The notes beneath the pieces are model-generated. The model was given only the letters and a program-made list of their open reading frames with translations, ran no database searches and was not told the DNA's origin. DNA of 45,626 nt from Planctomycetota bacterium (GTDB lineage: Bacteria; Planctomycetota; B129-G9), in the NCBI GenBank assembly GCA_043816375.1, contig JBDRIB010000217.1:1-45626 (forward strand), given 5' to 3'. Position numbers and translations under genes: made by a program. How positions within the stretch are numbered: position 1 is the first letter of the stretch; every line of letters begins with the position of its first letter. Positions 29,465 through 41,695 of this stretch are shown in pieces.

Positions 29465-29516
29465 CTCTGTCTCCATGAAAATTGATGTGATAAGGCGCGG
29501 GGGCCGGCGCGCCCCG

Positions 29517-30683
29517 CTACGCACGATGTTCTATACTGAATATGCGCCGGTGTTCTTCAATGGCAAACCTGTCGGTCATTCCGGCGATGTAGTCGGCAAT
29601 GACTCGCGATTGTTTTTCCCTGCCCTTGTCAATCTCACTCCTCAAGCCCGGCGGGAGTATCTCCGGGTGTTCGTCGTATGCGCGAAACAGCTCCTCGATT
29701 ACGCGTTTTCCCTTGTTTACCATACGAACGACGCGGAAATTGTTGTAAAATCTTTCATGCAGGAATCGGCTCAGCGCATCCGCGTCTCCCTGCATTCCGG
29801 CGCTGAACGATACCAGCGCATCCTTATATACGCGCACATCCTCAAGTGATTTGATGGAATTTCGCCCGACCCGCCGTTCGGTCTCCTCAAGCACGTCCCT
29901 TATCATCATATCAATCAACGCGCGCGTGCGCTGCGTCGCCTTCACGCGGTCGCTCATTTTCGCCACGCGTTCACCGGTCCTGCGCCACAAATCCATCCCG
30001 GCCTGGTCAACATCCTCCAGGCTTATGACGTGCAGCCTCAGCGCATCCTCCAGGTCGTGCGTGCGAAACGCTATTGCGTCCGCGGCGTTGACCACCTGGG
30101 CCTCCATTGTGGGTGACATCCCGGGAAAGAACTCCTCATTCGCTCCGCGCCGGTCGTACACCGTCTCGTGCTTCTGAAGACCCTCGAGCACCTCGAGGCT
30201 CAGGTTCAGGCCGTAAAAATCCTCGTATCTTTTTTCAAGATAACGCAGTATCTTCAAACCGTGCTCGTTGTGGTCAAAGTGCTTAACCAGTTGCCCCAGC
30301 ACGCCCTCAACGGCGTGACCGAAGGGCGGATGACCGATGTCGTGAGCCATGGCTATCGCGCGCGCAAGGTCCTCGTTCAGTCCCAGTGAGCGGGCGATGG
30401 ATGTGGCAATCTGAACCGTCTCCAGCGTATGGGTAAGGCGGTCGCGCGACGCGTCATCGGCCTGGCCGAAGGGAAAGACCTGTGTCTTGAACTTCAGTCT
30501 GCGATAGGCGGCCGTGTGGGATATGCGGTTCCAGTCGCGCTGAAAGTTGGTGCGATATCGCGGCGGCTCTTCGGGGTGTTCACGGCCGGCGCTGTCGCGG
30601 CTGAAAGCCGCGTAAGGCGCCAGCATCCGGGCCTCGCGTTCTTCGAGTTGTTCGCGCGTGAAAATCAACTGTGCCGACTCCAT
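29517..30683 (-). CDS. dgt: dGTP triphosphohydrolase (HD superfamily)
   Basis: FQRD..RI.H..AYRRLKFKTQVF, RLTHTLE, AHDIGHPPFGH, DYIAGMTDRFA. Start at MESAQ. Confidence 0.9.
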   Translation of the reverse strand: MESAQLIFTREQLEEREARMLAPYAAFSRDSAGREHPEEPPRYRTNFQRDWNRISHTAAYRRLKFKTQVFPFGQADDASRDRLTHTLETVQIATSIARSLGLNEDLARAIAMAHDIGHPPFGHAVEGVLGQLVKHFDHNEHGLKILRYLEKRYEDFYGLNLSLEVLEGLQKHETVYDRRGANEEFFPGMSPTMEAQVVNAADAIAFRTHDLEDALRLHVISLEDVDQAGMDLWRRTGERVAKMSDRVKATQRTRALIDMMIRDVLEETERRVGRNSIKSLEDVRVYKDALVSFSAGMQGDADALSRFLHERFYNNFRVVRMVNKGKRVIEELFRAYDEHPEILPPGLRSEIDKGREKQSRVIADYIAGMTDRFAIEEHRRIFSIEHRA

Positions 30684-30964
30684 CCTGAAAAGAGATGGTA
30701 TTATATCGTCGTTTAACTCCGACGCAACTGTTTCAACAGAAAACAGGAACAGCCTCACAGCGGTTTCGCCCCCGGGCGTTCCCCGGCCGTTGTAAAGCAG
30801 GCCTTTATTTGTAAGACTGTTTTTACCCTTTCCTCGAGGCTCCACCCGAAGCTCGCAGAACATAACACACTGCCGCGAAGAATGTTACGGCGCAGCCCCT
30901 GCCGGCGGCACACCGCTTGCTGTCGTCTACTGTGTTCGATGTTCCGTTGTCCGGCAATCTATCT

Positions 30965-31375
30965 ATGAATAATAGCGAAATTCACAACGAGGATATGGCC
31001 GCGGCACTGGCGGCTGCAATAACGCTGGAGGGTGCGGGCAAGCCGGCGCCGATGCTCAAGTTCTCCTGCAGGTGCGGTAAGCACATAGTAGCGCCTGTGG
31101 CCGCCGCCGGGCGGAAGGGCTATTGTCCGAAGTGCAAAAACGGATTGACCGTGCCACGCTGGGGCGCGGCCAACATACTCGCAATCCGCTGTTCGTGCGG
31201 CAAGGATATTTCGCCGGGACTACTGCCGGAAGGCAGGGGGCGCTGCCCGGCCTGTTCAAGAGAGATTGCAATAGCATCGCCCCTGATGCGGACCACTTCT
31301 CCCCTCCTTCTCAGTCTTCTCGTTGCGATTCCAGTCATCCTTGTGGTTCTCGTTATCTATATACTCGTCAGTTGA
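30965..31375 (+). CDS. Double zinc-ribbon protein with a C-terminal membrane anchor
   Basis: CRCG...CPKC and CSCG...CPAC, followed by a hydrophobic C-terminal helix. Confidence 0.7.
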   Translation: MNNSEIHNEDMAAALAAAITLEGAGKPAPMLKFSCRCGKHIVAPVAAAGRKGYCPKCKNGLTVPRWGAANILAIRCSCGKDISPGLLPEGRGRCPACSREIAIASPLMRTTSPLLLSLLVAIPVILVVLVIYILVS

Positions 31376-31404
31376 AAAACCGCCTTCTAAACAGTCTTGG
31401 CAAA

Positions 31405-31590
31405 GATGACAGCCACCAATCTACGAATTGCGCAGGGGACAATGCGAAAGGTGACTGTCACCAATTACCCGTTCGGACCCTGACGGGTCCTCAGGGCGAG
31501 GACCCGGAACGGGCGGAGCGCAGACCCTCTGATTTATCAGGGGGGCCAGCTCGTAGATTGGTGACTGTCACCTTTTGCGTTGTAATTAGA
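31405..31590. repeat. Modular REP-like repeat cluster between convergent genes
   Basis: Palindromes at 31405 (degenerate), 31450 and 31560. The gggggccagctcgtaga block also occurs near 45125. Confidence 0.8.
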
Positions 31591-31644
31591 ACCGTTCTCC
31601 GCCTTAGGCGGACAAATTGCGCTGCGGTACTGATTTTCCGGGCA

Positions 31645-33063
31645 CTAGCCCTTGAGGACGGCCAGCGGCACCATCCGGGCTACGATTGTGGCCAGTCCGG
31701 CGCCTTCGACGCAACGAACAACCTCGTCAATGTCCTTGTACGCCCCCGGGGCTTCCTCGCGGATGGAGCGCTTGTTCGCGCAAATCAGTGTGATGCCTTT
31801 CATATCCCTGCTGAACTCCTCGTCACTTATGGCGGGAGGGGTAATCATTTTGCCCTTGCGGAACCTGCCGGCCGCCTTGGTGCGCGACATAAGCCGTCCC
31901 GCGCCGTGATTTACGCTGTGCATACTCTCCCTGGATTCCTCGGTTCCGAGAAGCACGTAACTGGCGGTACCCATTGAACCGGGTATAAGAACAGGCTGGC
32001 CGATGCCGCTGAAAGGCGTGCCCGACATTCGGCTCTTCGGGAAGGCGCGCGTTGCGCCCTTGCGGTGCACCCAGACTTTTCTGCCGAAGTGCTCCTCGAA
32101 TTTCGCCATATTGTGCGGCACGTCGTAGACGACAGGCATCGGTATGTCGCCGTGGTAATGCCGGACATTCTTGCGAACGAGCACCGTCATCAACTGCCGG
32201 TTAACAAAGGCGAAGTTGGCCGCGGCGTGCATTGCCTTGATGTAGTTCCGCCCCTCTTCGGAATCCACCGGAAGATAACACAGATATCTGTTCGGGCTGG
32301 TCGTGGCGGTCATCCTGCTTGCCAGGTGGATATAGTCATCCCCCACCTGGTGGCCGAGACCGCGAGAGCCGGAATGAATCATTATGACCATCTGTCCCCG
32401 CTCAAGGCCGAAGCGCTTTGCGGTCTTCTCGTCATACACCGACTGGACTTCCTGGATTTCGATAAAGTGGTTACCGCCGCCCAGCGTTGCCTCCTGCGAG
32501 ATTCCGCGTTTTATCGCCCGCTCACTCAACGCCGCTACGTCGCCGGCCATCGAGCCGCCTTCCTCTATGCGAAGGGCGTCACGGCGCTCCTCTTCCTCGT
32601 CACGGAACTGCAGGACGGGTATGCGCGACGTGTCGATTTCTTTCAGCGCGGACACGCCGCGATTCAGGATTTCCTCGAAATCCCCCCGGTCGAAGCGGAT
32701 ATTGTGCATTCCCTCGCCGAGAGGAATGTCGCGGCGGATGGAGTGGGCCAGTTGCGATACGTCAACTTCGCGCGCCCTGAGCGGCGTCGTGACGATGCGC
32801 ATTCCGCAGTTAATGTCGTAGCCGACGGCGGCGGGAACAATCGATTTGTCACAGGCCATCACGCAGCCAATCGGCACGCCGTATCCTTCGTGAATGTCGG
32901 GCGTCGCCAGGACCTTCACCACGCCGGGCAATGTCGCGGCGTCTCTTAACTGCGCGATCGCGGTTTCTTCCAGTTGAAGTTTTTCGCTGGTGTATATAAT
33001 AGCGCCGACCCTCATCGGGCCGGTCTTTTCAATCTCGATGCGAAATTTATCAATGCGCTTCAT
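31645..33063 (-). CDS. rtcB: RtcB-family RNA 3'-phosphate/5'-OH ligase
   Basis: PDIHEGYGVPIG, VGYDINCG, TLGGGNHFIE, HSGSRG, HNMAK, HRKGAT, PGSMG, HGAGR, EEAPGAYK. Confidence 0.96.
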   Translation of the reverse strand: MKRIDKFRIEIEKTGPMRVGAIIYTSEKLQLEETAIAQLRDAATLPGVVKVLATPDIHEGYGVPIGCVMACDKSIVPAAVGYDINCGMRIVTTPLRAREVDVSQLAHSIRRDIPLGEGMHNIRFDRGDFEEILNRGVSALKEIDTSRIPVLQFRDEEEERRDALRIEEGGSMAGDVAALSERAIKRGISQEATLGGGNHFIEIQEVQSVYDEKTAKRFGLERGQMVIMIHSGSRGLGHQVGDDYIHLASRMTATTSPNRYLCYLPVDSEEGRNYIKAMHAAANFAFVNRQLMTVLVRKNVRHYHGDIPMPVVYDVPHNMAKFEEHFGRKVWVHRKGATRAFPKSRMSGTPFSGIGQPVLIPGSMGTASYVLLGTEESRESMHSVNHGAGRLMSRTKAAGRFRKGKMITPPAISDEEFSRDMKGITLICANKRSIREEAPGAYKDIDEVVRCVEGAGLATIVARMVPLAVLKG

Positions 33064-33074
33064 AACCGAAGACG

Positions 33075-33863
33075 TTACCCGTGAGGGTCTCTGAATATTT
33101 TCCAGCCGTCCGCCTCTTTTTTCATTCGCAACTCGACATTGCCCTCGTCTTCGCCGGTTGCCTTGTTCTTGCGCGAAACGTCAAGAGTCACATAATCGCC
33201 GTCGCTCTCTATTCCGGACCTGGCCACCACTTCCGTATCAAACCTGCCCCAGCGCTCCCGAAGTTTTTTGAACGACTCCCGCAGTTTTTCCTGGAATCTC
33301 TCACTCGTGCTGTCCGGGACACCGTCGTCGTTCGTATCCGTGTCGAATCGCTTGCTGGAAGCGAGACACTTCAAGAAAGTGTCGAAGTCATCGTTTTCCA
33401 GGGCCTTAATGTAGGTCTTGAATGTTGCCTCAGGCGAACCGAAAGGCCCGCCGAACGTCTCAATCCCCGAGCCCGCCGGCCACACCGCGATTATTATCAC
33501 CACGATATTAGCGAGAATACCCACCACACCGGCGATTGCGCCGACCAGCGCGGGCGTGCGCCCTCGCGGCGCGGACCTGCCCCGCTTAACCGCGTCCAGT
33601 TCGTACTTCCCGCGATACACCCCCGCAGCCAGACAGACAACGGCAATCAGCCACACGAACCCGAACAAAGCCCAGAGGACAGCCGTTATCTCGTCGACAA
33701 AGGCAAGCAAAATGACCAGAGGCAGGCTGAGAACGCCCGCCAGCCCGTAATAGAAAGCCTGCTTTGCGGCCTTGCCCGGCGGAGCATCGGCGGCAATTGA
33801 ATGTTTTTCCGCTTGATAAAGCGACTTCCTTCGGGGGCCTTTCGGTGTAAGGTCGCTGTGCAT
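33075..33863 (-). CDS. Membrane protein: DUF4190-like TM region plus an extracytoplasmic NTF2-like domain
   Basis: Three hydrophobic helices, SPEATFKTYIKAL...EADGWKI pattern, and a DTDTNDDGVPD loop. Confidence 0.65.
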   Translation of the reverse strand: MHSDLTPKGPRRKSLYQAEKHSIAADAPPGKAAKQAFYYGLAGVLSLPLVILLAFVDEITAVLWALFGFVWLIAVVCLAAGVYRGKYELDAVKRGRSAPRGRTPALVGAIAGVVGILANIVVIIIAVWPAGSGIETFGGPFGSPEATFKTYIKALENDDFDTFLKCLASSKRFDTDTNDDGVPDSTSERFQEKLRESFKKLRERWGRFDTEVVARSGIESDGDYVTLDVSRKNKATGEDEGNVELRMKKEADGWKIFRDPHG

Positions 33864-33889
33864 ACGCAATGTCCTCAAGTCATTCTTAC

Positions 33890-34113
33890 GGTGACAGTCA
33901 CTAATCCCGGCACGTCAGGACAAGTCCCAGGAATCTCGGTGCAGTGGACTGTCCCCGGAGCATCCCAGGACCTGTTCTATTCTACGAATGCAAAAGGATG
34001 ACAGTCACCAATCTACGAGTCTCGGTCGCAGCGCTCCCTCGATTCCGTAATTGGTGACAGTCACCTTTTGCGTTGTAAATAGAACAGGTCCGCTGTAATT
34101 AGTGACAGTCACC
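33890..34113. repeat. Largest REP-like cluster, with four palindromes
   Basis: Copies at 33890, 33997, 34053 and 34101. Shares blocks with the clusters at 2341, 16090 and 31560. Confidence 0.85.
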
Positions 34114-34116
34114 TAA

Positions 34117-35355
34117 CTATCTGAGACGGATGCGGACGTATTCCTTCTTTTTCCCCACTTTCAGAACCATTCCGTCCAGAACCTCGACATCAGTATCGGG
34201 ATTGTCCAGTTTCTCGGCGGTCTTTCCGTCCCTGAAAAGGGTCACCGCGCCCTGCGAGATTTTTCGGCGTGCGTCGGAATTCGACGAAGCCATACCGATA
34301 TCGGCAAGCAACTTTACTATCCATACCTTGCCGTCCTTGAGGCTGGAAAACGGAACGACGTGCTCCGTCATCTCCGAGGGCATCTTATCCTCGCGGAATT
34401 TCGCGTTGAACCCCGCGGCCGCCTCCTCCGCCTCTTTCTTCCCCCAGAACTGGCGGACAATTTCGGCGGCAAGCGCGGCCTTTGCGGCGCGCGGGTGAGT
34501 CTTTTCGGAAAGAATCTCGCCGATGCGTTCCCCGGGCAATTCGGTGGCCAGTTCGAAGTAGTCCCGCATCAAACGGTCCGGTATCGACATCGCCTTGCCG
34601 TACATCGCGTCGGGCGGCTCGGTAACGCCGATGTAGTTGCCCAGGCTCTTGCTCATCTTGTTCACGCCGTCCAGCCCGACCAGCAGCGGCAGCGTGACGC
34701 AGACCTGCGGCTCTTTGCCCTCAGCGCGCATAAGGTCCCTGCCGATGAGAAGATTGAAGGTCTGGTCCTGGCCGCCGATTTCGACATCGGCGTCAATCAT
34801 CGCGGAATCCCATCCCTGCATCAGCGGATAGAGGAATTCGTGAATGCCGATGGGCGTGCCGCTCTTGTATCGTTTCTCGAAATAGTCGCGTTCGAGCATC
34901 CGGGCGACTGTCATCTTCGAGGCCAGCCGCACGACGTCGCCGAAGTGCATCTTCGCAAGCCATTCGCTGTTGTAGCGCAGTTCCAGTTTGTCCACATCGA
35001 TGATTTTTCCGGCCTGGTCAATGTATGTCTTCACGTTTCTGTCTATATCTTCTCTGTCGAGCATAGGGCGCGTTGCGTTCTGTTCGGATGGGTCGCCGAC
35101 CGTCCCGGTGAAATCGCCGATAATGAGCACGGCCTGGTGTCCGAGTTCCTGGAACGTCTTCAATTTGCGCAGCGGCACGCCGTTTCCGAGGTGTATGTCG
35201 GCGGACGTGGGGTCCAGCCCCAGTTTGATGCGCAATGGCTCGTGCTCGTCGAGGCTGCGCCCGATTTTCGCTCTCAGTTCGTCCTCCGAGACGACTTGCA
35301 CCGCGCCTCGCCTGACGGCACTGAGTTGCCGCTCGACCTCCTGTTTCTTATTCAT
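34117..35355 (-). CDS. tyrS: Tyrosine--tRNA ligase
   Basis: KLGLDPTSADIHLGN (HIGH), YPLMQGWD, GGQDQTFN, KMSKS, C-terminal S4-like domain. Confidence 0.97.
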   Translation of the reverse strand: MNKKQEVERQLSAVRRGAVQVVSEDELRAKIGRSLDEHEPLRIKLGLDPTSADIHLGNGVPLRKLKTFQELGHQAVLIIGDFTGTVGDPSEQNATRPMLDREDIDRNVKTYIDQAGKIIDVDKLELRYNSEWLAKMHFGDVVRLASKMTVARMLERDYFEKRYKSGTPIGIHEFLYPLMQGWDSAMIDADVEIGGQDQTFNLLIGRDLMRAEGKEPQVCVTLPLLVGLDGVNKMSKSLGNYIGVTEPPDAMYGKAMSIPDRLMRDYFELATELPGERIGEILSEKTHPRAAKAALAAEIVRQFWGKKEAEEAAAGFNAKFREDKMPSEMTEHVVPFSSLKDGKVWIVKLLADIGMASSNSDARRKISQGAVTLFRDGKTAEKLDNPDTDVEVLDGMVLKVGKKKEYVRIRLR

Positions 35356-36646
35356 CTGTTTCGCTCCCGTCTTGTTCTCCGGCGGGTGAGAAGTGCAGAT
35401 GCTCCGCTCCCGCCCTCTGGCAAACCGCCTGGATGGCGTTTAAGTGCCTGTATTCCGTCCGGGCGGAACAGCGCGCGATGACGTTCAACAGTCCTTCGAC
35501 ACGGGCTTCCTTTATCATAGATTCGATTTCATCGAGTGATTTGCGCTGCCCCCCGCAGGTATATGTCCCGTCGGCCGCGATGTCAATCTCTATATTATTC
35601 GGCTGCGTCTCCGGCCTGACGGAAGCGACAAACGCCCTGCCGCGGTCGCGCCACCATTCGAGCCACACCTTCTTTTGCAGGCGGCCGTAAAAGCCCGTGA
35701 TATGCTGGAGGCACACAATGAGCGAACGTTCCATCGGAGAATTCGGCCTTGTCTTGTGGAGTTGCTCTATGATGAGGGGCACAAGGCGGGCGCGCTGCAC
35801 TCTGTCCGCACACACAACGGAGTACAGAAGACTTATGCCGTCGCGCTTTGCCAGCGCTTCGCAAGCCGACTGCACGGGGTCCCCGGCGCAGGCGGTCGCG
35901 CCCCGAGGCAAAACCGACACCTTCGCTTCGACCGTATTGAACCGATGCCGCAGCTCCTCGCCATCGTCCTTTTTCAAAAACAACGGCGAGAATAATAATC
36001 CAATTTTCAGTTCGCGCACCGAACCGGCCCCCGGCACACTCGCGGGCAGTTCCACCTCTATACGCCTTTCCCAGAATTCGCCGGGCTGAAGCAGTATCTC
36101 CTCGGCAAATTCCTCAGTCCTGTGCTGCGTCAGCAGCATCAGCCCCCCCAGGTGGTCGTAGTCTTTCGAAGAGAGCATCACGTAAATCATATTCGGACGC
36201 GTGACTTTTTTCTTCCAGAAAATGAATCGCCTTTCTTCGCGAAGCAGCAGTGGAATTCGCAGTGAGGACATACTCCGGTTATACAGCCGCGCCGTCAGAA
36301 CCAGTTTGTCCCCGGCCTCGTATATCTCGCGGTCCGTCAGGAGTTCCGACTCGAGGACCAGATACTGTATGCGGCTGTTCTCAATATTTTCGATGTCCCG
36401 TTCCGCCTTGCCCGCGATTTGCGGCGTCCGCGCGAGCAATCTCACCGCCCGCGCGAGGTCGAGGGCGTCTTCGAAATGCTTCTCCCCCGCCTTCTTGCGC
36501 GCCCCGTCAAGGGCCTTTTCAAGATACTCGACTACAATCTCTTTCTTCATCTCGCCGCTTATTTCCTGACGGGCGGCGACATAGCCCCGCAGACAGATGA
36601 GCGACGCTACAACGAAAAGAAGGGTTGATATCAGCGCTGTCTTCAC
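35348..36646 (-). CDS. Exported hypothetical protein with a C-terminal ExbD/TolR-like domain
   Basis: N-terminal signal or anchor. C-terminus IDIAADGTY...NVIARCSARTEYRHL..I..VCQRAGAEHLHF. Overlaps the tyrS start. Confidence 0.65.
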   Translation of the reverse strand: MKTALISTLLFVVASLICLRGYVAARQEISGEMKKEIVVEYLEKALDGARKKAGEKHFEDALDLARAVRLLARTPQIAGKAERDIENIENSRIQYLVLESELLTDREIYEAGDKLVLTARLYNRSMSSLRIPLLLREERRFIFWKKKVTRPNMIYVMLSSKDYDHLGGLMLLTQHRTEEFAEEILLQPGEFWERRIEVELPASVPGAGSVRELKIGLLFSPLFLKKDDGEELRHRFNTVEAKVSVLPRGATACAGDPVQSACEALAKRDGISLLYSVVCADRVQRARLVPLIIEQLHKTRPNSPMERSLIVCLQHITGFYGRLQKKVWLEWWRDRGRAFVASVRPETQPNNIEIDIAADGTYTCGGQRKSLDEIESMIKEARVEGLLNVIARCSARTEYRHLNAIQAVCQRAGAEHLHFSPAGEQDGSETDE

Positions 36647-36682
36647 GACAATACCTCCGGATTTCGGCGCGGAATCCCGCGA

Positions 36683-38512
36683 CTACTCCACGGTTACGCT
36701 CTTTGCGAGGTTGCGCGGCTGGTCCACATCGCATCCGCGGTGCACGGCGATGTAATAGGCAAGTATCTGCAACGGAATTATCGCGAGAATCGGCGAGAAC
36801 ATTTCATCCGTTTCAGGAATTGTAATGGCAAAGTCCGACAGTTTCTTTATCCTGCGGTCACCCCTGGTGGCTATCGCGATAATGACGCCCTTCCGCGCCC
36901 TGACCTCCTGGATATTCGAGAGCATCTTGTCATATACGCGCCCCTTCAGAGCGATGGCGACGGTGGGAAAGGAATCCTCAACAAGGGCGATTGGTCCGTG
37001 CTTCATCTCGCCGGCGGGGTAGCCCTCGCCGTGGATGTAACTGAGTTCTTTAAGTTTCAGCGCGCCTTCTATCGCCGTGGGATAGTTATAGCGGCGTCCG
37101 ATGTACAGGAAGTCATAGACGTATTTGTATCGCTCGGCACAAAGTCGCGGCAGTCTGTCGGACGCGACGACCTTCCTCGCTTTTTCGGGAATGTGTTTCA
37201 ACCCGGCGAGCAATTCTTCCGCGCGCTTTTGCTTAAGGCTCCCGCGCGCCAGTCCCAGTTTTATCGCGAGAAGCGAAAGCACGGCCAGTTGCGTGGTGTA
37301 CGCCTTCGTGGAGGCGACGCCTATTTCAGGTCCTGCGCGCGTGTAAAGAACGCCGTCGCAGATGCGGGGGATTGAACTGCCCACCACATTGCACACGGAT
37401 ATGACGCGCGCCCCGTCTTTCTTTGCCCTGCGCAGCGCCACCAGCGTGTCGATGGTCTCGCCCGACTGGCTTACTCCGACGGCGAGAGTGTGTTTGTCCA
37501 CGACGGGGTCGCCGTAGCGAAACTCGGAGGCGGGTGTTGCCACAGCCGGAATGCCGGCCAGTTCCTCCACGGCGAGTTTTCCGACAAGCGCGGCATGATA
37601 GGCCGTTCCGCATGCGATAAACTGCACGCGGTTGATTTGTTTTATCTGCCGGTTTGTGAGGCCCAGTCCGTCGAGCACGACGCGCCTGTTGTCGCGGCTG
37701 ATGCGTCCCTTTATCGTATCGGCGAGCGCGCGCGGCTGTTCGTGAATCTCCTTGAGCATAAAGTGGGGATATCCGCCCTTCTCCGCCCCGTCAACATCCC
37801 ACTCGATTCGCTTCACCACGGGTCTTACCCTTCGGCCGGCAATCTTGCGCACCTCTATTTTGTCCCGCGTAACGGTGGCGATTTCGCCGTCGGCCATATA
37901 GATGACGCGTTTCGTGTACGGCAGTATGGCCGGGATGTCGGATGCGATGAAGTTCTCTCCGTCACCCACACCGATAATGAGCGGGTTGTCCACGCGTGCG
38001 GCGACAAGCATATCCGGCCGGTCGGCGGAAAGAACGCCGATGGCGAAACTGCCTTCGACCTCTTTCAGCGCCGCCGTCACGGCCTTCGGCAGGTTGCCGC
38101 GGTAATGGGCGGCTATCAGATGGCACAGAACTTCCGTGTCGGTTTCGGAGACGAAGCGAAAGCCTTTTTTGCGCAATTTGCGGCGCAACTCGTCGTGGTT
38201 CTCGATGATGCCGTTGTGCACAAGCGCCAGACGGTGACGAAGACTGAAATGGGGGTGGGCGTTCCGTTGGGTGGGAGCGCCGTGCGTCGCCCAGCGCGTG
38301 TGTCCAAGGCCGGTTGTGCCCGCGAGATGCGCCTTCTTCAGCAATGCTTCCAGTTCACGCAACTTGCCGGGATGCTTTTCCCACTTCAGCGCGTTGTCCG
38401 AGGCCACGACAATCCCTGCGGAGTCATAGCCGCGGTATTCGAGCCGGGCCAGCCCGTCAAAGATGACGGGGCAGGCCTCTCGCTTGCCGACGTAGCCAAT
38501 AATGCCGCACAT
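36683..38512 (-). CDS. glmS: Glutamine--fructose-6-phosphate aminotransferase
   Basis: MCGIIGY, LEYRGYDSAG, GHTRWATHG, HNGIIEN, SQSGET, C-terminal PRNLAKSVTVE. Confidence 0.98.
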   Translation of the reverse strand: MCGIIGYVGKREACPVIFDGLARLEYRGYDSAGIVVASDNALKWEKHPGKLRELEALLKKAHLAGTTGLGHTRWATHGAPTQRNAHPHFSLRHRLALVHNGIIENHDELRRKLRKKGFRFVSETDTEVLCHLIAAHYRGNLPKAVTAALKEVEGSFAIGVLSADRPDMLVAARVDNPLIIGVGDGENFIASDIPAILPYTKRVIYMADGEIATVTRDKIEVRKIAGRRVRPVVKRIEWDVDGAEKGGYPHFMLKEIHEQPRALADTIKGRISRDNRRVVLDGLGLTNRQIKQINRVQFIACGTAYHAALVGKLAVEELAGIPAVATPASEFRYGDPVVDKHTLAVGVSQSGETIDTLVALRRAKKDGARVISVCNVVGSSIPRICDGVLYTRAGPEIGVASTKAYTTQLAVLSLLAIKLGLARGSLKQKRAEELLAGLKHIPEKARKVVASDRLPRLCAERYKYVYDFLYIGRRYNYPTAIEGALKLKELSYIHGEGYPAGEMKHGPIALVEDSFPTVAIALKGRVYDKMLSNIQEVRARKGVIIAIATRGDRRIKKLSDFAITIPETDEMFSPILAIIPLQILAYYIAVHRGCDVDQPRNLAKSVTVE

Positions 38513-38641
38513 TGCTCTCTCCTGTCCCTGTTGCGGCCGTGCCCGGCGACTTGTACAAAAGCCTGCAGTCCGCAACGGATTCCGGTTCAAACTGCAGGCT
38601 GATGTTCGGGCATTTTCGAAACGATATTCTCCGGCACATTA

Positions 38642-40852
<2,211 letters not shown>

Positions 40853-40974
40853 AACACCTCTCAAACGGTCCGCACACCACAGGGCCCGTCCGGATTGTCC
40901 TGGCGGCCAGTGGCCGCCCCGCTCGCACGAGCGGATTCTGTCTTGCGGTGACGGATTTCAGAAGATAAAAAAAG

Positions 40975-41610
40975 TCAGACAGACGGGCGCCTCGCTTTTT
41001 CGTTAGCCAAACTTGTATATAAAGCAACAAGTCTTTTTCGTAGATAAACGCAAAACTCACTCGCTTTCATTTCCCTTAACTGCCCGGGCCGAATCGGCTT
41101 TCCGAATGCGACGCTCACAGGCCCAAGCCCGAAAATCTTCTTCGTACGCGGCCAAATCTCAAACGCGCCGTGCAAAGCCATCGGGACAATCGGCACCCCG
41201 GCCTTCTGCGCGATGAGTTTCGCGCCCGGATGCACCGGCCCAATACTCCCGTCGCGAGTTCGGGTCCCCTCCGGGAACATCGCGATGTGCTCCTTGCGGC
41301 GGAGATGCTCGACCGCAAGTCTGACACCCTCCTTGCTCGACGAATCAACCGACATCGGAAGCGCGCCGTACGCGCTTATCAGGTGCGTGAAGACACTTTT
41401 CGCCTTGAACAGCGTCTTACGCGCAATATAGCCGGTGCGCCTTCTTGCAGCCGCGCCGATAAATACCGGGTCCAGATAACTCTGATGATTAGACGTAATC
41501 AACGCGCCGGTGTCAAGCGGAATATGCTGCCTGCCGTGGACGCGGAACTTGAACAAAAGGGGGAAGAACACCCACGTCATCAACTTGCATAGATAGAAGA
41601 CGAAGTCCAT
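40975..41610 (-). CDS. plsC: 1-acyl-sn-glycerol-3-phosphate acyltransferase
   Basis: NHQSYLD and FPEGTRT motifs. Start uncertain; the ORF stays open to 41742. Confidence 0.88.
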   Translation of the reverse strand: MDFVFYLCKLMTWVFFPLLFKFRVHGRQHIPLDTGALITSNHQSYLDPVFIGAAARRRTGYIARKTLFKAKSVFTHLISAYGALPMSVDSSSKEGVRLAVEHLRRKEHIAMFPEGTRTRDGSIGPVHPGAKLIAQKAGVPIVPMALHGAFEIWPRTKKIFGLGPVSVAFGKPIRPGQLREMKASEFCVYLRKRLVALYTSLANEKARRPSV

Positions 41611-41695
41611 TCCCGGCGTAGGCCCGACTTTCAGCCAGTACGCCGGCGAAGACACACCAGGCGTAGCGGAACTGTTCTTAATCGCGGCAGTCTCT

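Noticed and set aside
33890-34113. Palindromic repeats with spacers resembling a CRISPR array
   Set aside because: Repeats are only 13 bp, spacing is irregular, spacers recur at other loci, and no cas genes are present.
38512-38641. glmS ribozyme upstream of glmS
   Set aside because: The short intergenic gap lacks the ribozyme core consensus as far as I can see.
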